Below, piece by piece: positions 25,576 to 32,000 of a stretch of DNA of 32,000 nt (position 1 is its first letter; every line of letters starts with the position of its first letter). This DNA is from an uncultured Chloroflexia bacterium (lineage in GTDB: Bacteria; Chloroflexota; Anaerolineae; Anaerolineales; Anaerolineaceae), in NCBI GenBank assembly GCA_963704755.1, contig OY969938.1, forward strand, positions 2,970,001-3,002,000, in the 5' to 3' direction. The position numbers were made by a program, and so were the translations under genes. Below the pieces are notes generated by a model. It saw only the letters and a list, made by a program, of their open reading frames with translations. It was not told the origin of the DNA and made no database searches.

Positions 25576-26751
25576 ATGAAAAGCACCGCGCAATCGTTTC
25601 GGAAAACATCTAGGATGGCCTATAGTCTCGGTGCAGTTTTACTGGTGGCCGGTTTACTGTTGGGGATGTTCACCAGTGCTGCCAGTGCAAATGACACGAC
25701 TGGAAACGATATAGAGCATCACCGGACCAGCATACCTACTGCCACCAAAACACCGGTCAGACCCACCAATACCCCAAATCACGGCCACGATTGGTATACC
25801 AAAACACCTGAAAGCACCAAGGCTCCGGCAATCACTAAAACGCCTGTCTGCACCAGCATCCCGGAGATTACCAACACACCGGCAAATACCCATACCCCCG
25901 TGTTCACCAGCACAGCGGTGAATACCAGTACTCCCGTGTTCACCAACACAGCGGTGAATACCAGTACTCCTGTGTTCACCAACACACCGGCGAATACCAA
26001 TACCCCGGAGTTCACCAATACGCCGCAATATACGAATACCCCAGATATTACTAATACACCGGCGAACACCAATACCCCGGAATACACCGAAACGCCGACT
26101 TTCACCAATACTCCGGTGAACACACAAACCGAAACGCCAACCAATACCCCCACGTATACGCCTACATTTACCGCGACGTATACCGCTACCAACACACCTA
26201 CCGCCACTCAAACCTGGGAAGCTGGCCATACCCCCACGCCTTTTGAAACCGCACTGCCATCCCAGACGCCTACAGTCCCGCCGCAGTTGACCCCGCAATA
26301 TACCCCCACCGGTACGCAAGAGCCTTCCAGCACGCCAACTGCAACGGCCACTCAGACGGCCATTTCGCCCGCAACGGCCACGCCCACGGTATACGTACCG
26401 CCGGTATCACCGACGCACACGGCAACGCCTGCCCAATACGTTCCATCATCCACACCGCTGCCGACAACTGCCACGCCTGTTACGACCGAGGTGACCAGCC
26501 CGACGCCGACCGATGGGACCACGCCGGATCCAACGCCGACGACGGTATCCGTCAATGTACAGACGACCCCCCAACCGCCGGCGACTCTGGCACCGCCTAG
26601 CAGCACGAACTCGGATGTGCTTATCCCGGTCACCGGCGCGGACCTGACGCTGGCCGGCCGCCTGAATGCGATCCGCCTGGTGCTGACCAACCTGGGCCTT
26701 ACCTTGATCGGCTTTGGCCTGATCATGCACGGCCTGGCGAACAAGAAATAG
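25576..26751 (+). CDS. Secreted Thr/Pro-rich repeat protein with LPXTG-like C-terminal sorting signal
   Basis: ATG 25576 follows GGAGGG at 25565-25570; the ORF-track TTG at 25516 is less likely. The signal peptide reads [24 protein letters not shown]. There are nine 12-aa xTNTPxNTxTPx repeats. The C-terminus is IPVTG, a hydrophobic segment ([20 protein letters not shown]) and ANKK. Confidence 0.75.
   Translation: MKSTAQSFRKTSRMAYSLGAVLLVAGLLLGMFTSAASANDTTGNDIEHHRTSIPTATKTPVRPTNTPNHGHDWYTKTPESTKAPAITKTPVCTSIPEITNTPANTHTPVFTSTAVNTSTPVFTNTAVNTSTPVFTNTPANTNTPEFTNTPQYTNTPDITNTPANTNTPEYTETPTFTNTPVNTQTETPTNTPTYTPTFTATYTATNTPTATQTWEAGHTPTPFETALPSQTPTVPPQLTPQYTPTGTQEPSSTPTATATQTAISPATATPTVYVPPVSPTHTATPAQYVPSSTPLPTTATPVTTEVTSPTPTDGTTPDPTPTTVSVNVQTTPQPPATLAPPSSTNSDVLIPVTGADLTLAGRLNAIRLVLTNLGLTLIGFGLIMHGLANKK
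25867..26190 (+). repeat. In-frame 36-bp tandem repeats (about 9 units, decaying)
   Basis: Units 25903-25938 and 25939-25974 differ at 2 of 36 positions ([12 protein letters not shown] / [12 protein letters not shown]). Confidence 0.85.
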
Positions 26752-26764
26752 TGGGGAATGCAAA

Positions 26765-26804
26765 TGTAAAGGAGGGCAGGCTCATCAGCCTGCCCTCCTT
26801 TACA
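26765..26804 (+). terminator. 18-bp-stem hairpin after the Thr/Pro-rich gene
   Basis: tgtaaaggagggcaggct-catc-agcctgccctcctttaca. No clear T-tract follows. Confidence 0.55.
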
Positions 26805-26844
26805 GCTAAAACAAATCGGGTAACTGCTCGGCCAGCGTAAAAGA

Positions 26845-26904
26845 GAGGGGTGTTTTTATTGTTTTTCATTGCGTAGCACACGAGAAACAATAAAAACACC
26901 CCTC
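26845..26904 (-). terminator. 20-bp-arm hairpin downstream of the GNAT gene
   Basis: gaggggtgtttttattgttt...aaacaataaaaacacccctc. On the minus strand it is followed by tctctttt. Confidence 0.5.
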
Positions 26905-26957
26905 ATTTTCTAATTGGCTTGAGTAGTAACCAAATAGGGCCTTTGTCCAGGGCGAAA

Positions 26958-27407
26958 CTACACCTGTGGGTCCAATTTCTTCTCCATCCAAACCACCTGG
27001 GTAGGCCCAAAATAATGGCCCGGCATGCCGGCCATTTCGAAGCCGGCCTTTTCGAAGAACCCGGTCGTGTTCAGGTGGGATTGGCAGGATAACAGGCTGT
27101 AGCCCCGCCGGCGCGATTCACTTTCGACGGCGTCCAGCAGCATGCGGCCGATCCCGCGGTGTTGATATTCCGGCGATATGGCCAGGTGGGAAAACCAGCC
27201 GGTCTGGGGATCTTTCTCCAGCAGTTTGACCACTCCGGCGATTTTGCCTTTCTCGCTATCGATGGCCATAAAGTGCTGGCTGATGGGCTCATAGTCGTCT
27301 TTTTCGGTGCCACGCGGCATGCCAAACGGTTCGCGCAGCACGTGATAGCGCAGGTCGTAGTAGTCTTTGAATTCTTCCCGGGTCTGAGGCGATTTAATTT
27401 CGATCAT
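26958..27407 (-). CDS. GNAT family N-acetyltransferase
   Basis: 149 aa. The acetyl-CoA motif is QHRGIGRMLLDAV and the C-terminus reads GFFEKAGFE. GGAGGA precedes ATG 27407. Confidence 0.85.
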   Translation of the reverse strand: MIEIKSPQTREEFKDYYDLRYHVLREPFGMPRGTEKDDYEPISQHFMAIDSEKGKIAGVVKLLEKDPQTGWFSHLAISPEYQHRGIGRMLLDAVESESRRRGYSLLSCQSHLNTTGFFEKAGFEMAGMPGHYFGPTQVVWMEKKLDPQV

Positions 27408-27483
27408 GGTTCCTCCGTTGCAATGCCAATCATATCTGAAAAAATGCGGATCGGGTCAGTTTCGGGCTCCTGTTAAAAAGTTT

Positions 27484-27533
27484 CCGAATTTGAGCTGTTT
27501 GCGGGGGCGCCCCCGCAAACAGCTCAAATTCGG
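27484..27533. repeat. 50-nt perfect palindrome between divergent genes
   Basis: ccgaatttgagctgtttgcggggg-cg-cccccgcaaacagctcaaattcgg. It lies upstream of both the GNAT gene (minus) and the GH31 gene (plus). Confidence 0.85.
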
Positions 27534-27559
27534 GGGTTCTTCCCATCCAGGCTGAGCAG

Positions 27560-27587
27560 TTACTTTTGCCTTAACTAATGCTACAAT
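27560..27587 (+). promoter_or_regulatory. Possible promoter TTACTT-16-TACAAT for the GH31 gene
   Basis: Hexamers are at 27560-27565 and 27582-27587. This would give a ~200-nt 5' UTR containing a 15-bp hairpin (27650-27692). Confidence 0.3.
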
Positions 27588-27799
27588 AGACGAGGAGCGG
27601 GGTTACAACCTACCCGGAAAAACATCTCCATTGAAAAGGCAGAAGATAATTTCATTCAGAGGAAGCGCACATACCCTTTCTTCTGAATGAAAACTTTGCT
27701 CCTGAAAATCGTTTTTTAAAGAATAGAAAATCATTACCGATCGCAGGATGATTGGATATTAATACAGCGCCGGGGTACCGGCCTGCCGGTGAGGGATCA

Positions 27800-30118
27800 A
27801 TGACCATTCAATCCATTACCCAAAGCGACCCGGCCGCGGGCAATTATTTCCATCTTTTTCAAGTTGCTGCCGGCCGGTTGGGGATTGCATTTTTGCAGCC
27901 CGACCTGATCCGGGTACGGCTTGCCCCGGGTGAATTTTCTGCCCGGCGCTCGTGGGCAATCACACCCGAGGATAAGCAATTCCCCGGAGCGCCGGTCGAA
28001 GTCAGCCAGGCCGGCGACCGGCTGCGCCTGGATGGCGGCATGTTGGCCGTGACCATCGACGTCGAGTCCGGTTGTGTGGGCTTCGAAGATGCCCAGGGCC
28101 GCTACCTGCTAACGGATGCCGAACCGGCAAAAGTCGGCCCGCAGGGGGTGGACTGCCAGAAAATCGCCCTCCCGGAGGAGTACTTCTACGGGTTCGGCGA
28201 GCGGGGTGGGATCAACCTGGAGCGCAGCGGGCGTCTGCTGAGCAACTGGGCCACCGACCCGGCCAATTTGCACGGCCTGGGCCTCGACCCCATGTACATC
28301 GCTGTGCCGGTTTTCTTATCGATTCGCCCGGGCGGGCCGGCATACGCGGCCTATTTCAATAACACCTGGAAGAGTTCTTTCGATTTGCGTGATCCGGGGC
28401 GGATCAAGTTCCATGCCGAAGGCGGCGAACTGGACTATTACCTGGCTTACGGGCCGACCCCGGCCGAAGCGCTGGCGGTTTTGGCCCAGGTGCTGGGCAA
28501 TATGCCGCTGCCGCCGCGTTGGGCCCTGGGGTATCACCAGAGCCGCTGGAGTTATGTGCCCGAGCGGGAGTTACGCCGGATCGCCGGCGAAATGCGCGAA
28601 CGCCAGATCCCTTGCGACGCCATTCACCTGGACATCGATTACATGAATGGCTACCGGGTATTCACCTGGAACCCGGCTCATTTCCCGGACCCGGCGGCCG
28701 TAGCTAAGGATTTGCGTTCCGAGGGGATCCGCCTGGTGGCGATCATCGATCCGGGCGTGAAGGTAGATTCGAAATACACGGTCTATAACGATGGCCGCGC
28801 CCGGGATTGTTTTGTGAAAAATCTCAAAGGCACCGTCGCGCACGGTTATGTCTGGCCGGATGACTCTGTCTTCCCGGATTTCCTGCGGTCGGAAGTGCGC
28901 GGCTGGTGGGGCAACCAACAAAAAGCACTGACCGAAGCCGGGGTAGCCGGTGTATGGAACGACATGAACGAGCCGACCCTGTTCAGCCTGCCGTTCAGCC
29001 AGGGTGGCGGGGACGTGGGTACGCTGCCTGAAAACAGCCCGCAAGGTGGGCCGGCGGAGCAATCTACCCACGCTGAAGTCCATAACCTGTACGGCCAGGG
29101 CATGGCCCAGGCCTCTTATGAGGGGCTGCGGCGCCTGCTCAACGGTGACCGGCCGTTTGTGCTCAGCCGGTCGGGTTTTGCCGGCATCCAGCGCTGGACG
29201 GCTTCCTGGATGGGAGACAATAATTCCTGCTGGGAGCATCTGGAGATGAGCCTGCCCCAATTGATGAATATGGGCCTCTCCGGCATCCCCTTTGTGGGCG
29301 TGGATATCGGCGGCTTTGGCGGTAATGCTACCCCCGAGCTGTTTGCCCGCTGGATCGAAGCCGGGATACTGTATCCCTTCTGCCGTAACCACAGCGCGAT
29401 CGGTACAAATCCGCAGGAGCCCTGGGCGTTTGGCCCGCGGGTAGCGGAAATTGCCCGCACTTACCTCAATCTGCGCTATCGATTGATGCCGTATCTGTAT
29501 TCGCTGTTTCGCCAGGCGTCGGAAATGGGTGAGCCCATTTTACGGCCCCTGTTTTACCATTTCCCGGATGACCCGGCCACGTTCCAGTTGAGTGACCAGG
29601 CCATGCTTGGGCCGTTTTTGCTGGCTGCGCCGGTGCTGAAACCGGGGCTGACGGCTCGGGCAGTCTATCTGCCGGCCGGGGTCTGGTACGACTATTGGAC
29701 CGACGTGGCTTACGAAGGACCGGCGTACATCCTGGCCCAGGCACCGCTGGACCGTATGCCGTTATATGTGCGGGCCGGGGCGATTTTGCCAATGGCGCCG
29801 CTGATGCAATATACCGACGAGAAGCCGCTCGATCCGCTCACCCTGGAGATTTACCCGGGTTCAGGGACCTTCAGCTTGTACGAAGACGATGGGCATTCCT
29901 ACGAGTATATCGGTGGGGAATTTTGCCACACCGATTACCGCACCACCGGCGCCAGCAGTGGGGTGGTGCTGGAGATCAGCCAGCGGGAGGGATTGTATGC
30001 GCCGCCTTCCCGGCGGGTCCTCGTGCGGGTCCATCAAAAACCGGGCCTGCTGCCGGCCGAAGAGACTTTCGACGATGACGGCACCCCACGCCGCCTGGTC
30101 TTTGCCCTGGAGGCGTAA
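27800..30118 (+). CDS. Glycoside hydrolase family 31 alpha-glucosidase
   Basis: The nucleophile region is GVWNDMNEP and the acid/base region is FVGVDIGGF; WMGDN is also present. ATG 27800 follows GAGGG. The TTG at 27752 in the ORF track is less likely. Confidence 0.9.
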   Translation: MTIQSITQSDPAAGNYFHLFQVAAGRLGIAFLQPDLIRVRLAPGEFSARRSWAITPEDKQFPGAPVEVSQAGDRLRLDGGMLAVTIDVESGCVGFEDAQGRYLLTDAEPAKVGPQGVDCQKIALPEEYFYGFGERGGINLERSGRLLSNWATDPANLHGLGLDPMYIAVPVFLSIRPGGPAYAAYFNNTWKSSFDLRDPGRIKFHAEGGELDYYLAYGPTPAEALAVLAQVLGNMPLPPRWALGYHQSRWSYVPERELRRIAGEMRERQIPCDAIHLDIDYMNGYRVFTWNPAHFPDPAAVAKDLRSEGIRLVAIIDPGVKVDSKYTVYNDGRARDCFVKNLKGTVAHGYVWPDDSVFPDFLRSEVRGWWGNQQKALTEAGVAGVWNDMNEPTLFSLPFSQGGGDVGTLPENSPQGGPAEQSTHAEVHNLYGQGMAQASYEGLRRLLNGDRPFVLSRSGFAGIQRWTASWMGDNNSCWEHLEMSLPQLMNMGLSGIPFVGVDIGGFGGNATPELFARWIEAGILYPFCRNHSAIGTNPQEPWAFGPRVAEIARTYLNLRYRLMPYLYSLFRQASEMGEPILRPLFYHFPDDPATFQLSDQAMLGPFLLAAPVLKPGLTARAVYLPAGVWYDYWTDVAYEGPAYILAQAPLDRMPLYVRAGAILPMAPLMQYTDEKPLDPLTLEIYPGSGTFSLYEDDGHSYEYIGGEFCHTDYRTTGASSGVVLEISQREGLYAPPSRRVLVRVHQKPGLLPAEETFDDDGTPRRLVFALEA

Positions 30119-30494
30119 GGGGGTAAATCACGGAGGCACAGAGTACACGGAGAAGAAATTAGGAAATAAATGTAGCCCGGCTTTCAAAGCCGGGGGGGTA
30201 GCTGAGGCTGTGAGGGAAGAATCTGGCTCTTCCCTCCAAATCGGTTTTTGATTTGGGGGGAAGAGGGGAAGCGGGGCAAAGAGCCGGCCAGGCCCGCTAG
30301 GCCGGAGTGATGGCGGTTAAAAACCGCATCTACAAGTACACGAAGATCCACCTTCGTGGGTCTCCTTTTCGATGTAGACCGCGTTCAATGGCCGAGATGC
30401 TGCCCGGCCAGTGTTTTCTCGGGTTCGAAACCCGAGCTACCCAATCGAGACTGTCCCGGCTTTCAAAACCGGCTATAAAAAGACCCTCCAGGCC

Positions 30495-30744
30495 GGGTTG
30501 AGCCCCACGCAGGTGGGGCTTCGTGTATTTGTTGCCGCGACCTTGGTCGCCAACGCCGGCAGCAAAGCCCGGTAAAACGAATGCCCCATCCGTAATAATG
30601 CAGCCCTTACGCCCCCGGCTACGAACAGGGTTTCGCTAATCGCTAACGGCTAACAGACCGACGGTGGGTTACGGGCAGGACCTGGTAGGCCAGGCCGGCC
30701 GGCAGTTCGCCGGTGTGCTTAATGAGCCCTGCACCCACCTTACA
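30495..30744 (+). repeat. Tandem repeat copy 1 (about 250 bp)
   Basis: Runs from gggttgagccccacgcaggtggggcttcgtgtatttgttgccgcgaccttggtcgcc to gagccctgcacccaccttaca. Confidence 0.9.
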
Positions 30745-30771
30745 AGCCGATATTCAATCGGGCATAGGTTT

Positions 30772-31009
30772 GGGTTGAGCCCCACGCAGGTGGGGCTTCG
30801 TGTATTTGTTGCCGCGACCTTGGTCGCCAACACTGGCAGCAAAGCCCGGTAAAACGAATGCCCCATCCGTAATAATGCAGCCCTTATGCCCCCGGCTACG
30901 AACAGGGTTTCGTTAATCGCTAACGTCGGTGGGTTACGGGCAGGGCCTGGTAGGCCAGGCCGGCCGGCAGTTCGCCGGCATGCTTAATGAGCCCTGCACC
31001 CACCCTACA
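30772..31009 (+). repeat. Tandem repeat copy 2 (about 238 bp; 12 nt shorter at the gctaac motif)
   Basis: It matches copy 1 apart from a few substitutions and one indel: cgctaacg-gctaacagaccga-cggtggg in copy 1 versus cgctaacg-t-cggtggg in copy 2. Confidence 0.9.
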
Positions 31010-31032
31010 TTTCTTATGGCTAATAGCCACTC

Positions 31033-31443
31033 TCACTTCTGAGTCAAATCTTCCGGGGTAAACGCCTCGGGGAGCAAATCCCGCAGGGGCATCTCGTGCA
31101 GCAGGGTAGCGTGGTCATCGGCGATGAGCACGCGGGTATCCAGGCCGAACTCGGCCAGCACCTGGCGGCAGGAACCGCAGGGCGAGCCGCCGTTGGCCGT
31201 GACCACAGCGATGGCCTCGAACTTGCGTTCCCCATCCGAGACGGCCTTGAATACGGCTACCCGCTCGGCGCAGATGCCGGTAGGGTAGGCGGAGTTCTCG
31301 ATATTGACCCCCGTGTAAATTTTTCCAGAGGCGGTCAGCAGGGCGGCGCCGACCGCGTAATGTGAATAAGGCGCGTAGGCTTGTTCACGCGCCTGGGTGG
31401 CCATCTCGATCAATTGTGACTGCATTTCAGGGCTTAACGTCAT
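31033..31443 (-). CDS. cdd: Cytidine deaminase
   Basis: Starts at MTLSPEM. Zinc motifs are CAERVA and PCGSCRQ, and the length is ~136 aa. The ATG at 31443 shares one base with the TGA of the upstream gene (TGATG). The longer ORF-track start at 31536 overlaps that gene. Confidence 0.85.
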   Translation of the reverse strand: MTLSPEMQSQLIEMATQAREQAYAPYSHYAVGAALLTASGKIYTGVNIENSAYPTGICAERVAVFKAVSDGERKFEAIAVVTANGGSPCGSCRQVLAEFGLDTRVLIADDHATLLHEMPLRDLLPEAFTPEDLTQK

Positions 31444-32000
31444 CAGGGGTTTCCTCGTTTTAATGGTACGGCCTGGCGCAGCGCACGCACAGTGCGGATC
31501 CGCCGGCCGCTGACCTGCTCGACGGCCAGGTCCCAATCTTCGATCCGGATATGTTCACCGCCAATCGGGACGCGCCCGATATTACTATAAATGTACCCGC
31601 CTAACGTGTCGGCCATGTCGGTGACCAGGTGGGTGCCCAACAGCTCGTTGAGATCGTCCAGGCCGATCCGCCCGCTGAGGATGCATTCGTCTTCGGAGAG
31701 CTGCTGGAAGAGCAGTTCCTCGCCCTGGTCGTACTCGTCGCGGATCTCGCCGACGATTTCCTCGACGATGTCCTCCAGGGTCACCAGCCCGGCCATACCG
31801 CCGTACTCGTCCACCACGATGGCCATGTGGATGCTGTGGACCTGCATTTCCCGCAGCAGCTCGTCCACCTTTTTGGCCTCGGGCACGTAATAGGCGGGAC
31901 GCAAGAAGGGGCGGATGTTTTCGGGCTCCTCGTCATCCAGCGATGCGCGCAGCAGGTCTTTGGCGTACAGCAGGCCGATCACGTTGTCGATCGTCTCTTC
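31443..32000 (-). CDS. CNNM/hemolysin-family transporter, C-terminal CBS pair plus CorC_HlyC domain (5' end outside the window)
   Basis: Reads HMAIVVDEYGGMAGLVTLEDIVEEIVGEIRDEYD, followed by the CorC_HlyC-type tail DTLGGYIYSNIGRVPIGGEHIRIEDWDLAVEQVSGRRI. The frame is open to the window edge. Confidence 0.8.
   Translation of the reverse strand, partial: EETIDNVIGLLYAKDLLRASLDDEEPENIRPFLRPAYYVPEAKKVDELLREMQVHSIHMAIVVDEYGGMAGLVTLEDIVEEIVGEIRDEYDQGEELLFQQLSEDECILSGRIGLDDLNELLGTHLVTDMADTLGGYIYSNIGRVPIGGEHIRIEDWDLAVEQVSGRRIRTVRALRQAVPLKRGNP

Larger units (their letters stand above)
30171..31009. repeat. Intergenic mosaic repeat cluster C
   Basis: Its modules are shared with cluster A, partly in inverted orientation. 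It contains a 277-bp-period tandem duplication. Confidence 0.8.

Noticed and set aside
30418-30448. tRNA-like 3' half: tcggg-ttcgaaa-cccga (T-arm with a GTTCGAAAC loop), followed by a 7-nt acceptor-like gctaccc, with an upstream ATGGCCGAG resembling a tRNA-Ser D-loop.
   Set aside because: No complementary 5' acceptor strand or anticodon arm lies at the right distance. The nearest gggtagc (30196-30202) is ~250 nt away and belongs to a repeat module. It is at best a tRNA-derived fragment inside the repeat cluster, not a tRNA or tmRNA gene.
31444-31536. The longer 167-aa version of the cytidine deaminase ORF.
   Set aside because: The extra 31 aa are Arg/Gly/Pro/Ala-rich and overlap the 3' end of the CorC-type gene. 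The conserved enzyme begins at MTLSPEM, whose ATG overlaps the upstream stop codon (TGATG).

Overview
Moderately GC-rich bacterial chromosomal DNA. The gene style suggests a filamentous Chloroflexota/Anaerolineae-like organism: very large multi-domain sensor proteins, a Thr/Pro-rich surface protein and weak Shine-Dalgarno usage. That taxonomic call is inference only. I support about 20 protein-coding genes. In order they are: the tail of an ABC importer (binding protein plus ATPase); a 7TM-PAS-GAF-GGDEF diguanylate cyclase; a GTPase with a DUF697-like membrane domain that overlaps an LpxL/HtrB-family acyltransferase; a roughly 1670-aa protein reading Hpt-REC-REC-GGDEF-PAS-GAF-PAS-HisKA-HATPase-REC-REC-Hpt; a PAS histidine kinase; an S51 peptidase; a CheY-like receiver followed by a REC-REC-PAS-GAF-HD-GYP gene broken by one extra base; an EamA transporter; a duplicated-domain lipoprotein, also frame-broken; an SDR; a CDP-alcohol phosphatidyltransferase; a Thr/Pro-repeat protein with an LPXTG-like tail; a GNAT; a GH31 alpha-glucosidase; cytidine deaminase; and a CBS/CorC transporter fragment. 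I found no rRNA, tRNA, CRISPR array, integrase, transposase, phage or recognisable defence gene. Five things go beyond ordinary gene content. (1) c-di-GMP and phosphorelay genes are densely clustered, including the 12-domain protein. (2) A family of mosaic hairpin repeats forms large intergenic clusters at 5.2-5.9 kb and 30.2-31.0 kb, with smaller pieces at 15.7 and 20.4 kb. Parts of the two big clusters are inverted copies of each other, and one hairpin carries a compensatory base-pair change between its tandem copies. (3) There is a 63-bp MITE-like element with 6-bp flanking direct repeats. (4) Several sequence-unique perfect palindromes have 17-26 bp arms. (5) A consensus promoter drives a roughly 200-nt structured, terminator-ended transcript upstream of the surface-protein gene. 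All family assignments come from motifs read in the supplied translations. No database search was possible.
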